From positions 35,106 to 99,105 of the forward strand of contig MCFE01000304.1 in the NCBI GenBank assembly GCA_002104905.1: DNA of 64,000 bases. The letters are read 5' to 3'. Made by a program: the position numbers and the translations under genes. Source of the DNA: Basidiobolus meristosporus CBS 931.73 (lineage: Eukaryota; Fungi; Basidiobolomycota). How positions within the stretch are numbered: the first letter of the stretch is position 1; each line of letters begins with the position of its first letter. The notes beneath the pieces are model-generated. The model saw only the letters and a program-made list of their open reading frames with translations. It had not been told where the DNA came from and searched no databases. Positions 1 to 12,524 of the stretch are shown here, piece after piece.

Positions 1-1508
1 CTGAGGAATATCAGGCCCTGATGGAAAATCAAACTTGGGACTTAGTCAAATTACCAATCAACCAAAAATCAATTGGATGCAGATGGGTCTTCAAGACAAA
101 GTACAAGGCTGATGGTACAATTGAAAGATACAAAGCAAGACTTGTAGCCAAAGGATACTCTCAAACAAAAGGACTTGACTATACTGAGACCTTTGCACCG
201 GTAGCCAAGTTTAATTCCATCAGATTAATATTGGCTATTGCAGCCAAATATAAGTTTTTTATTCATCAAATGGATGTAAAAACTGCATTTTTGAATGGAG
301 AACTTGATGAGGACGTGTATATGGACCAGCCTGATGGGTTTGTTGACCAAGATAACCCCCATTTGGTCTGCAAGCTTAAAAAGTCACTATATGGTCTCAA
401 ACAATCACCGAGAGCCTGGAATTGCAAGATAGATTCTTATTTGGAATCTTTGAGTTTCAAAAGGAGTAATGCTGACTATAGTATATACTATAAGCCAGAT
501 AGAGCAAATCCAGTTCTATTAGCTCTATATGTGGATGATCTTATTATAGCCACCAATAACCTAGAAACATTGGAAGAGACTAAATCCAGCCTATCTAAGG
601 AGTTCAAGATGTCCAATCTAGGAGAACTCAGTTACTACTCAGGGATTAAGTTCTCCATAGGCAGAAGTACCCAGACTATTACCCTAAGCCAATCCAAGTA
701 TATTCAAGATATACTAAAGAAGTACAAAATGGAAGACTGTAAACCGGCAGCTACCCCAATGGAGACAAACCTTAACTTGGTCAAAACTCAACCAAATCAA
801 GAGAGCTTGGTGCCATCAGAAAGCCCTGACTTTCCTTATCAATCTATGGTCGGCAGTCTGATGTATATCATGCTTGGAACACGTCCAGATATCTTATATT
901 CAGTGGGAGTTGTCAGCCAACATAATCAGAATTATGGATCTGATCATATTGCAGCAGTTAAGCGGATTTATAGATACCTAAAAGGAACTGCTGATATCTG
1001 CTTAAGATACACTTATAAGGATTCAGAACAGGATCTTGTGGGATACTCTGATGCTGATTGGGGACGAAATTTAGAAGACAGAAGATCCACCACAGGATAC
1101 ACCTTTCTTTACTGTAAAGGAGCAATTTCATGGAATTCAAGAAAGCAACCAACCGTAGCACTTTCTACTACAGAGGCAGAGTATATGGCAGCCTGTGAAG
1201 CTACAAAAGAAGCAATGTGGTTAAGAAAACTCTTTACAGATTTAGGCCTATGTCAAAAAATGCCTATTACTTTATTTCAAGATAATCAAGGGTGTATACA
1301 ATTAGGTAGAAATCCAACTTTTCATGCTAGAACCAAGCACATAGATATTAGACATCATTTCATATGTGAAGCTATAGAGAATAACTTAGTTAGCTTAGTT
1401 TACTGTTCTACAGATGAAATGATTGCAGACATATTTACCAAACCATTAGCTAGAGACAAGTTTGAATATCTTAGGTCAAAATTAGGACTAGTCAGTATGA
1501 ACATTTAG
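1..1508 (+). CDS. pol: Ty1/copia Pol, RT and RNase H portion (element A; frame is open from the window edge, ORF track 21..1508)
   Basis: Copia RT motifs [44 protein letters not shown] and YVDD; RNase H motifs GYSDADW, STTEAEY, TKHIDIRHHF and ADIFTK. Confidence 0.97.
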   Translation, partial: EEYQALMENQTWDLVKLPINQKSIGCRWVFKTKYKADGTIERYKARLVAKGYSQTKGLDYTETFAPVAKFNSIRLILAIAAKYKFFIHQMDVKTAFLNGELDEDVYMDQPDGFVDQDNPHLVCKLKKSLYGLKQSPRAWNCKIDSYLESLSFKRSNADYSIYYKPDRANPVLLALYVDDLIIATNNLETLEETKSSLSKEFKMSNLGELSYYSGIKFSIGRSTQTITLSQSKYIQDILKKYKMEDCKPAATPMETNLNLVKTQPNQESLVPSESPDFPYQSMVGSLMYIMLGTRPDILYSVGVVSQHNQNYGSDHIAAVKRIYRYLKGTADICLRYTYKDSEQDLVGYSDADWGRNLEDRRSTTGYTFLYCKGAISWNSRKQPTVALSTTEAEYMAACEATKEAMWLRKLFTDLGLCQKMPITLFQDNQGCIQLGRNPTFHARTKHIDIRHHFICEAIENNLVSLVYCSTDEMIADIFTKPLARDKFEYLRSKLGLVSMNI

Positions 1509-1519
1509 CTGAGTGGGAG

Positions 1520-1868
1520 TGTTGTAAAAATTTGTATTTCCACCTAAATATTCACCTAACTTAGTCACTTAGATCATTACCTTCAAATCCTAGAAAATAC
1601 TGACCAAATTCCTTGTCGGGATTTACTTAGAATATTTTCACCAAAATACCAGGTACCCAGAACATGAAAATTCTCAAAGTTGTCCAAACAGCCCCAAACT
1701 TTGCACACATGTTCTTGGGACCTTCCTTAACCTATTCTACGTGTTTGTAATGCCAAGACCAGGTAAAAGTATAAATACTACTTTTACATTCAATAAATCA
1801 TTAAGTGAAAACCACATAATCTACTTGTTCTCCCAATCACTTCCAATATCTCCAAGACTCTTACAACA
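1520..1868 (+). repeat. 3' LTR of copia element A (349 bp)
   Basis: TGTTGTAA...TTACAACA termini, preceded by the polypurine tract GAGTGGGAG right after the pol stop. Homologous to the other ~349-bp LTRs in the window. Confidence 0.95.
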
Positions 1869-3998
1869 GAATTAAGAAAATCAAGCGCTAATAAGCATGA
1901 AGAAGAAAATGCTTTAATAAGCAATGATAACCAACAAAAAATGTACCCAAGACCTTACAAAGGCAATGGCAACCTGTTTTGCAACTACTGCAAATGGAAA
2001 GGACACACATCAGACTGGTGTCTCAAACAGAGAGATAATCAGCAAAAGAAGCCTGAATATGGAAATGCTGCAACAGCTGAAGATAGACAGTTCATATCTG
2101 CACTAAATATGACCACAAACAAGGATTCTCAGATGTAGTACATTGACTCTGGGGCATCTCAACACTATACAAACCAAAAAGAACTTTTTACCTAATATCA
2201 AGAAATTCCAATTAGGAAGGTATTCATGGGTGACAATAGAACACTTGATGCAGTGGGAGAAGGAACTATCCAAGTGAGCCTAAGAAGCAGCAAAGGAAGC
2301 CATACACTGACCTTCAAGGAAGTACTCTATCTACCAGAAATAGCCAAGAACCTACTATCTGTAAGTAAGGCCACAGCAGAAGGACTCAGTTTCAGCTTTG
2401 ACAATTCTGGATGCAGCATCACTGATCAAAATGGTGGGCATATTGCTTTGGGCATCAAAGATCAGAATCCATACAGGTTGACTTATATTCCATCATATGT
2501 GGAAGCCAGTATAAGTAACTCAAATGAAGAAACACAAATGCTTTGGCACAGGAGATTTGGGCACAACAATTGGGATCCTTTGTGCAAAATGATCAAAAAT
2601 CAGCTAATATCCGGAGTAAAATTGATCCACTAGCTAACTTGGAGCACTGTGGAGTCTCCATTATGAGAAACAAGCCAGACAGTTATTCAAGAACTCTGGG
2701 TTAATCAAAACTAAGAAAAAATTAGATTTAATTCACTCAGATCTCTGAAGACCTATGAAGAATTTTTCCTTAGGCAGGATGAAATATTAATCACTTTTAT
2801 TGATGATTATACAAGATACACATTTGTCTACTTCATGGAGAGAAAGCAAGAAGCTCTGTCTAAGCTCAGGGGATTTAAAGCCATGGTGGAGAGAGAAACT
2901 GGTGATAAAATCAACAAAATATGTTCTGAAAATGGTGGAGAATTTACCTCAAGCTCTTCATCCACTTCTGCAAAATTCAAAGGATAAAGCAAGCAGCTAC
3001 TGTACCATACTCCCCACAACCAAATGGAGTAGCAGAACGTGCTAACAGATCAATAACTAATATGGCAAGATCAATGATCCATGATCCAAAATTATCCTAT
3101 GATTTTTGGGCAGAATCAGTTGCTACAGCTGTATACCTTGTAAATAGGAGTTATAGCAGGGTACTCTGTGACTCTACTCCATCTGAAGCATGGTATAGAT
3201 ACAGGTCAAGTGCAGAACATCTAAGAAAACTTGGGTGTGCAGCATATGCCAAGAAACTGCCCTGAAATCAGTCAAAATTTGAGCCTAAAAGTGTAAAATG
3301 CATATTTTTGGGCTACTGCAATGAGAGTAAAGCATACAGACTCTACCATACCAAAGCAAAGATGCTAATCAAGTCCAGGGATGTGCTATTTGATGAAAAT
3401 TTAAAATTTTCACAAAAAGTGACATCAGACAATGACACAAATTTGATCTAAAGACCACCAATTGTCAGAATTGAATTAGAGCAAAACAATGAAGATTTTT
3501 TCACTCCAGAGGACTCTACAATCATGGTGCAGCCTGAATCAGTGCCCAGGAATATTCCAGAAGTGATCATTCCAATATCAAATGCCCAGAAATCCAATTG
3601 GACAAGAAATAGCTCAAATTACCATATCAATGACAGTACAAACTTAGCCTATGCCTATTCAGTCCATAGTGATGAGCCCCAGATTGTAAAAGAGGCCCTA
3701 AATAGCCCTCAGGCAAAGTTTTGGAGATCTGCAATGACTGAGGAATATCAGGCCCTGATGGAAAATCAAACTTGGGACTTAGCCATATTTCAAATCAACC
3801 AAAAATCAATTGGAAACAGATGGGTCTTCAAGAAGAAATACAGGGCTGATGGTACAATTGAAAGATACAAAACAAGAATTGTGGCCAAAGGATACTCTCA
3901 AACAAATGGACTTGACTATACTGAGACCTTTGCACCTGTAGCCAAGTTTGACTCCATCAGATTGATATTGGCTATTGCAGCCAAATAAAAGTTTTTTA

Positions 3999-4347
3999 TG
4001 TTGTAAGAGTTTTGGAGATATTGGAAGTGATTGGGAGAACAAGTAGATTATGTGGTTTTCACAATATGATTTATTGAATGTGAAAGTAGTATTTATACTT
4101 TTACATGGTCTTGGCATTACAAACACATAGAATAGGTTAAGAATGGTCCCAAGAGCATGTGTGCAAAGCTTGGGGCTGTTTGGACAACCTTGAGAATTTT
4201 AATGTTCTGGGTACCTGGTATTTTGGTGAAAATATTTCAAGTACATCCCGACAAGGAATTTAGTCAGTATTCTCTAGGATTTGAAGGTAATGATCTAAGT
4301 GACTAAGTTATGTGAATATTTAGGTGGAATTACAAATTTTTACAACA
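3999..4347 (-). repeat. 3' LTR of copia C
   Basis: TG...CA termini; PPT (ctcccactc on the + strand) adjacent at 4348. Confidence 0.95.
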
Positions 4348-7300
4348 CTCCCACTCAGCTAAATGTTCATACTGACTAGTCCTAATTTTGACCTAAGATA
4401 TTCAAACTTGTCTCTAGCTACTGGTTTGGTAAATATGTCTGCAATCATTTCATCTGTAGGACAGTAAACTAAGCTAACCAAGTTACTCTATAGCTTCACA
4501 TATGAAATGATGTCTAATATCTATGTGCTTGGTTCTAGCATGAAAAGTTGGATTTCTACCTAATTGTATACATCCTTGATTATCTTGAGATAAATTAATA
4601 GGTGTTTTTTGGCATAGGCCTAAATCTGTAAAAAGCTCTCTTAACAACATTGCTTCTTTTGTAGCTTCACAGGCTGCCATATACTCTGCCTCTGTAGTAG
4701 AAAGTGCTACGGTTGGTTGCTTTCTTGAATTCCATGAAATTGCTCCTTTACAGTAAAGAAAGGTGTATCCTGTGTTGGATCTTGTGTCTTCCACGTATTG
4801 CCCCCAGTCAGCATCAGAGTATCCCACAAGATCCTGTTCTGAATCCTTATAAGTGTATATTAAGCAGATATCAGCAGCTCATTTTAGGCATCTAAAAATC
4901 CGCTTAACTGTTGCAATATAATCAGATCCGTAGTTTTGCTTATGTTGGCTGACAGCTCCCACTGAATATGAGAAATCTGGACGTGTTCCAAGCATGATAT
5001 ACATTGGACTGCCAGTCATTGATTGATGAGGAAAGTCAGGGCTTTCAGATGGCACCACGCTCTCCTGATTTGGTTGAGTTTTTACCAAGTTAAGGTTTGT
5101 CTCCATTGGGTTAGCTGCCAGTTAACAGTCTTCCATTTGGTACTTCTTTAGTATATCTTGAATATACTTGACTGGCTTAGGGTGATGGTCAGGATACTTC
5201 TGTCTATGGAGAACTTAATCTCTAAGTAGTAACTGAGCTCTCCTAGATTAGACATCTTGAACTACCAGATAGGCTGGATTTAGTCTCTTCCAATGTTTCT
5301 AGATTATTGGTGGCTATAATAAGATCATCCACATATAGAGCTAATAGACTGGATTTGCTCTATCTGGCTTATAGTATATACTATAGTCAGCATAACTCCA
5401 TTTGAAACTCAAAGATTTCAAATAAAAATCTATCTTGCAATTTCAGGCTCTTGGTGATTGTTTGAGAACATATAATGACTTTTTGAGCTTGCAGACCAAA
5501 TGGTGGTTATCTTGGTCAACAAACCCATCAGGCTGATCCATATACACGTCCTCATTAAGTTCCTATTCAAAAATGCAGTTTTTACATCCATTTGAGGAAT
5601 AAAAAACTTATATTTGGCTGCAATAGCCAATATCAATCAGATGGAATTAAACTTGGCTACCCATGCAAAGGTCTTGGTATATTCAAGTCCTTTTGTTTGA
5701 GAGTATCCTTTGGCTACAAGTCTTGCTTTGCATCTTTCAACTGTACCATCAGCCTTGTATTTTGTCTTGAAGACCCTTCTGCATCTAATTGATTTTTGGT
5801 TAGTTGGTAATTTGACAAAGTCCCAAGTTTGATTTTCCATCAGGGCCTGATATTCCACAGTCATTGCAGATTTCCAAAACTTGGTCTGAGGGCTATTTAG
5901 GGCCACCTTTACAGTCCGGGGTTCATCAATATGGACTGAACAGGCATAGGCTAAGTTTGTGCCCTCATTGATATAGTAATTTGGGCTATTTCTTGTCCAA
6001 TTGGATCTCCAGGCATTTGATAATGGAATGATCACTTCTGGGAAATTCCTGAGCACTGATTCTGGCTGAACCATGGTTGTAGAGTCCTCTGGAGTGAAAA
6101 AATTATCATTGTTTTGCTCTGATTCAATCCTGACAATTGGTGGACTTAAGATTATATTTTTGTCATTGTCCGGAGTCATTTTTTGTGAAAATGTTAAATT
6201 TTCATCAAGCAACACATCCCTGGACTGGATTTACTTCTTTGCTTTGGTATTGTAGAGTCTCTATGCTTTACTGTCATTGCAGTAGCCCAAAAACATGCAT
6301 GTTACACTTTTTGGCTCAAATTTTGACTGATTTCCGGGCAGTTTCTTGGCATATGCTGTACGCCCAAATACTCTTAGATGCTCTACACTTGGTCTGTATC
6401 CATACCATGCTTCAAATGGAATAGAATCACAAAGTGCTCAGTTATAACTCTTATTTTTCAGATATACAGCAGTGGCAACTGATTCTGCCCAAAAATCATA
6501 GGATAATTTTTAATCATGGATCATAGTTGTTGCCATATCAATTATTGATCTGTTAGCATGTTCTGCTACTCCATTTTGCTGTGAGGGGTATGGTACAGTA
6601 TTCTCTTGCTTTATCCCATGAATTTTGCAGAAGTGGATGAGGAGCTTTGAGGTATATTCTCCACCATTGTTAGAGTGTACTTTCTTGATTTTCTCACCAA
6701 TTTCTCTCTCCACCATAACGTTAAGCTCCCTGAACTTAGACAGAGCTTCTTTCATTCTCTCCATGAAGTAGACAAGTGTGTATGTTGTATAATTATCAAT
6801 AAAAGTGATTAAATACTTCATCTGGCCTAAGAATAAATTTTGCATAGGTCCACACAGATCTGAGTAAATTAGATTTAATTATTTCTTAGTTTTGATTAAC
6901 CCAGAGCTCTTGAATGGTTGTCTGGCTAGTTTCCCATATATGCAGGCTTCACAGTGCTCCAAATTAGCTGGGGGATCAGTTTTTACTCCAGAAATTAGCT
7001 GATCATTGATCATTTTGCGCAAATAATCAAAATTGATGTGTCTAAATCTCCAGTGCCAAAGCATTGGTGTTTCTTAATTTAAGTTACTTATATTGGCTTC
7101 CAAATATGATGGAATATAAGTCAACTTGTATAGATTCTGATCTCTGATACCCACAGCAATATGGCATCATTTTGATCAGTGATCTTGCATCCAGAAGTGT
7201 CAAAGCTGAAACTGAGTCCTTCTGCTGTGGCCTTGCTTACAGATAGTAGGTTCTTGGCTATTTCTGGTGCATAGGGTACTTCTTTAAAGGTCAGTGTGTG

Positions 7301-7619
7301 GCTTCCTTCACTGCTTCCTAGTTTACTTCGATAGTTACTTCTCTCACTGCATCAAGTGTTCAATTGTCACCCATGAAAACCTTCTTAATTGGAATTTCTT
7401 GATATTAGACTTGTTCCATTGGATAGTGCCACATAGTGCCAGCCTGTTTATGGTGCTGGATTGATCTGGCACTCTACAGCACTATCTGGCACTATAATTT
7501 CTACCATGATGCCAGTGGTATGATACACTTACTGGTAATTTTACTCAATCTTACTTATGTTGCTCAGAATAGTGCTTTCCTTGCTTTATTTACTCTTCAT
7601 AATGCTCCAGACACATTTC

Positions 7620-8475
7620 TCTCAGTGGATGTCTTCTTGTATGAACATACTGTGCATTAATAAGTATCTTAACTATTTTACCTATTCTGCTGTTTTCTCC
7701 TATATATGACTTTCCTCTCTATTTACCTGCCAATATGCTGAATTATCTTCAGATATCCAAATGTGTGCTCTACCCTCACTCTGAAATGATTAAATATCTC
7801 ATTGTAGAGCTTCTGCTTCCTGCTAAGCACACCATTCCTTGGCTTCCTATAAGCTGTAATACATCCTAATCACTGACAATCCTCTCCTATATAGGCCAAG
7901 TCTGCCATACATTTCTCCCCTCTACTGAATTCAGGATGATTCTCTACCCAGAGTGCTGTGTCATGTCTACTTCCAGCAAATGGCCCACTAAACCAGATGA
8001 TGTTACCCTCAATGTCAGACAGTGCTTGAAACTTCACACAGTGTGCCTTGTACTTGCCAGAATAAAAGTGCCTCTGCCCTCTAGAAGGTCTGTTAATCCT
8101 CACTGGGAAGGTATCCAAAATACTCCTGATATGGAACCTGTTGCTGAACACTCTGGGATATGGGAGTCTATTGGAGCTTCTGAACCTAGTATTCCAAGCT
8201 TGCTCTAAGTCATTCATACCCTCTGCAAGGTGGTTCTCCATTGCTGTCAGCTGGGAATGAAAGCTTCTAGGACTTTTGTTGCCATGGATGGTGGGATGAA
8301 ACCTTGTAGGGCAATAGTTCTTGTAATAGCAGAGAAGCTTGACAAGGGATCTCCTTGAGTAGATTGGGGTTGATGGTCCACAGTACTTGGAATAGATCTC
8401 CTCTAGTGTGTCAAAAGGAAATCCAGTGGTAGTGATGGGATTGATGAGAAAAGACCATTCAGATGAGTAAGTCAT
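7620..8475 (-). pseudogene. DDE_Tnp_4 (Harbinger/IS5-ISL2-like) transposase with an in-frame TGA at ~7870 and a disrupted C-terminus
   Basis: LDTFPVRINRP..Q..FYSGKYKAHCVKFQ, GSRHD and ADLAY catalytic-type motifs. Reading through the TGA gives ITAYRKP..LSRKQKLYNEIFNHFRVRVEHTFGYLK. The 3' end coordinate is approximate. Confidence 0.88.
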
Positions 8476-8834
8476 ATTAAAATTGGTGGATGATTGTATA
8501 AAGGCGGTTTGAGTTGATTTGGCGCAATCCTTGTTATATATCTGATTTTTAATACATTATGGTTAAATCTCCATCAATTGCCATGTATCCCATCATTATG
8601 TCTCAAAAATCATCCGCAAACAATGCCTTGGTACTTTTGTTGATGCTTTAATCATAGGTCTATAATCAAATAGGAAATCTGCAATTGATGTGATCTGATC
8701 CATGTCAATGCAATCCAAGATGCATCATGCATAATATATGGAAAATTCAACAATCACATTAGTATTCTTATATATTTCATATAAGACCAGGTTGATGCCA
8801 ATATACTGCTGCATAAGTATCCAAATCCGTTGCT

Positions 8835-10097
8835 ATGGTCCCCATACCAAGCCTCAACTCATCTTTAGTACAACCCAGAAAAAACCCATCCCCCAGCTCA
8901 CAAGCGCGGTCTGGACCGGAAAAGTCAATGTTGGATCCGTTTGAGTTCTTGCCAAATGATTTCAGTATGGCCCAAGTGTCTATGCTGAGCCTTCATACAG
9001 ATATTTGGGCACTACTGAGTAATCTAGCAGAACTAGATGCCTCAGAGAGTTGACAAAAATGGAAGAATTTGAGTAGAAAGCTGTGGCATGAGTTCTACAT
9101 CAAGATGCCAGCCAATGTATGTAAAAAGATATATAACAAGACAAGTATTGAAATCAATAATGAGCTGAGAGTGAGGGGATTTGACAAAGAAGCTGCGCAG
9201 GAGCAATTTTGCGTGCAATTTGCACAGTATGGGCTGGATGCGTCCGTTTGTGCCTCAACTTTGGGAACCAAACAGATTTTGAATGAGTTTTTGCCTCAAA
9301 TGACTAATGTACTACGTGATATATTAGTAGAGCTAAGTGGCTTCCAAGAGCAATATACACAGGACTCATCCAGGCAACAGCTCCAAAGTATCAGACAGAG
9401 GGTAAGTGAATACCTTGAGGAATCAGATGGTGAGCTTCAGGAGGAAGAATACAGACTGCAAGCAACATTATCCAGATTGCGCCAGCACTCCTTGCTGGAT
9501 TCCCTACCATCTCTTGCAACCACAGCGCACCAGCGCACGTCAGTCCAGAGTACGCCAACACCATTTACCAGAACACCCCGCATTGAGTCAACATGCGCGC
9601 TTCAGAGCAAAACTACAAGAACTTGCCAAACTGCTCATTTAGACACAAGTTCATTGGAGCGGACCAAGTCGCATCAACTTGCAGCATCACATCAAACTCA
9701 GCCAAGGGCCATCTCAACGCGTCAAGGCGTGTCTGCGTGTGCTGTTTTGCCTGACCATCAGCAAGTTACTTCTGGTGAACTGACTGATGATGACCAACAT
9801 GAAGTGCCTCAACCACTGGAGCCCTTGGCAAGTAAAAGAACGCATCAGCACGTGGCACTACAGGCTGGTTCAGTTGGTTCAGTTGGAGCGATTCAGCGCA
9901 GCCAAGCTGTAGCATTGCACTCATCAACTAGGAGGCAAAATACTGACTACAAACACACAAGTAGCCAAGATCATAGTCAGCCAGGAAGTAGTATAGGTGT
10001 GCAAAGTGAGTCACTACCAAATGCTTCAGTAGTAATCCCTGTGAGAAAAAACCCAGGAGAAGATAATGTGATTGATTTGAATTGCTCAAATTTGTAA
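8835..10097 (+). pseudogene. Harbinger ORF2, putative Myb/SANT-like DNA-binding protein with one in-frame TGA at 9051-9053
   Basis: ORFs 8835-9053 and 9069-10097 are in the same frame. DIWALL...ES*QKWKNLSRK resembles the Myb/SANT-trihelix third helix (xRxKWxNL). A helical region and an S/T/Q-rich tail follow. Confidence 0.7.
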
Positions 10098-11278
10098 TGA
10101 TCCTGACAACCCATTTTTTTTGCGATCCAAATCGAGCCATTGCAAATCAGTGATCATCAAATTTTTGATATAAGTAATATCAAGGTTGTCTCACATTTGA
10201 GACAGAACCCCTATAAATAAACACCCTGCATATATATACGTCATCTGTAATACTAGTGCAGCTATTGGATCTGTTTTGCACCTACACAATTGCTTGCGTG
10301 CTGGCTATGACACCTTGTCCAATCACTAGGATCAGGGATTTACTTGCTCAGTGAGCAAAATGGGATATTTGATGGCAAATCAGGTAGCTTTTTTAGTAGT
10401 CAATGAGCCAATTGGGGGCTGCCAGCTTCAGGATACTTTTGGACCAATTAACCACTGAGATACTGTCCAATTGGAGTGAGGGTAATCAGAATGGTAAGTA
10501 TCAGTGTAGTTTATAGTGTGATACACAATTATTTCCATTTACATTAAAGAAACATTTCCAAATACCAGATATTACCTGCCATAATAGCGGTATCCAATTG
10601 CGCATGTGATGCAAACATTACAAGTTGGCGCAATCATCAGTGCCAACCTCATTGTGTCAGATTGTGCCATAGTGTGCAAGATTGTCCCGCATAGTGCAAA
10701 ATTGTCCAAGAACAATCCTTCCTTCTGGTAGCTATAATATTGCGCCCAATTGTTCTTTACAACCGCGGATCATGCCGCACACCCTGGCACAGTACAATGG
10801 AACAAGTCTATTGGGTAAAAAGCTCTTTTTGGTGTGTCAAGTGCTGAGATGCTCCAGAGTCAACATACCACATCTGAGAATCCTTGTTTGTGGTCATATT
10901 TAGTGCAGATTTGAATAGTCTATCTTCAGCTGTTGCAGCATTTCCATATTCAGGCTTCTTTTGCTGATAATCTCTCTTTTTGAAGCACCAGTCTGATGAG
11001 GGTCCTTTCCATTTGCAGCAGTTGCAAAATAGGTTGCTGTTGCCTTTGTAGGGTCTTGGGTACCTCCTTTGTTGGCTATCATTGCTTATTAAAGCATTTT
11101 CTTCTTCCTTCTTATCAGCACTTGATTTTCTTAATTCTTCTTCCAGGAGCCTTCCATATACATAATTTAAGGTCAAATCTTCAGTTCTGGACTCTAGGGC
11201 TGATACAAGGCCCTGAAACTTGTCTGTCAGGCTGTTCAGGATGGTACACTATCATGTCCTCATCAGTAGTTGGTATGC

Positions 11279-12081
11279 TGTGGTAGGGTAAACATACCTC
11301 CCACAGACAAGTCTATTCATATAGCCATTATGATATACTTATCCATATTTTATCTTATCAGTATTATCCCATTCTTCTTTTGCCCATATTATCAGTATTA
11401 TCCCCATATGATGTTTACCCTGATTAGTTATAGCATTAGTTATCCCCAATGTTATTCAGCTTTGTGATCAGTATATTTATCTACATAAGGCAAGTACCCA
11501 CATCAGTACCCATAACACATGACCTAGGTCTGTGTTACCATCCCTACCATTTCAATACCATACATGGTATTTCTATGTTGCACAGGTTTCAGACTACTGA
11601 TTCCTGATTGGTTGGACGTGCTGTGCCTTTTAGAACCTTCCAGGACATTCTTGGCATATTTTTAGCTCATAGTGATGTCATTGAGAATTCCACTGATGCC
11701 TAGAATCTTCTAGAACCTTGTCATTAGTGATCACTTGGCAATCAGGAAACGTATTTGAGGGACAGCAATCCCTCATCAATAAATCATCCCTTCTATCAGT
11801 AACACTTCTCCCATATTGATTAGCAGTTGATCACTGCACCTGCCTTCATCAGTACATCTCAGACCTGCCATCAAGGAGCTTTTCAGGGTAGTGCACAAGA
11901 CACACAGAGGCCTTTGGAGACACTTGGAGCACCCATGAAGCTAGAGAAGCAGGAGCTTTTATCATAGTGACATATTGACAAAGACACCAGCAGTTTATAC
12001 ACAGAGGTTATTGCACCCATCAGACACCTCACACACCTTGAGTTGTGCAGCTTCTCCCAGGAGTACCACTACACCACCACA
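11279..12081. mobile_element. Solo LTR of unidentified family X (803 bp)
   Basis: TGTGGT...ACCACA termini and 4-bp TSD ATGC. Excision restores copia gag (MESMGIPTTDED). A related copy starts at ~55304. Confidence 0.85.
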
Positions 12082-12524
12082 ATGCCCATAGATTCCATTT
12101 CATCTACCAGCAGGGTAATTCTGCTAATTAGATTTTTCATTTCTTCTCCTGACAGTATCTCTGTAGTAAATAATTTTTGACTTAGATACATTTTCTTAGC
12201 AGCTGAACATATTAGCAGGTGTCCTCTAATACCTTCCAGGCATTCTTTGTTGTTTTTGCTCTTGAGCATTGTGTTAGCAAATTGTCTTTAACATTGAGGC
12301 AAATGCAGTTAAAGGCACTTTGTTCTTTCTTCTGGTACTTTAAGGCTTCCTCTCCCATGTTTTTAGGAGGGCATTCTTATCCTATGACAATACCCCAAAG
12401 GGCTCTTTCTTGCAGCAGCATCTTCATCTTCACCATCCACACTTGGTAGTTAGGTCCATCCAACTTTTCAGCAGAGGGAAAAATTCCAGTAATAGCAGTA
12501 GTAGACATTGCAGAGAGTGACAGC

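Larger units (their letters stand above)
7407..10809. mobile_element. Full-length (3403 bp) PIF/Harbinger-superfamily (PHIS) DNA transposon, copy 1
   Basis: TIRs AGACTTGTTCCATTG / CAATGGAACAAGTCT. ATT is duplicated at 7404-7406 and 10810-10812, and removing the element restores the copia frame (LFTQYQE). Two divergently oriented genes inside. Confidence 0.93.

Noticed and set aside
7870-8475. Bacterial IS5/ISL2 insertion sequence or contamination
   Set aside because: It is embedded with a TSD in a eukaryotic copia, paired with a Myb-like ORF2, present in four differently aged copies and itself targeted by gypsy elements.
7870-9053. Shared in-frame TGAs as evidence for an alternative genetic code or selenocysteine
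   Set aside because: The intact 1377-aa ORF and the 495-aa copia ORF translate cleanly with the standard code and use TGG for Trp. Both TGAs sit where Arg (CGA) fits, and CpG decay is pervasive.
9069-10097. Host gene or env-like gene
   Set aside because: It lies between the DNA-transposon TIRs and recurs in each copy of that element; no evident transmembrane segment.
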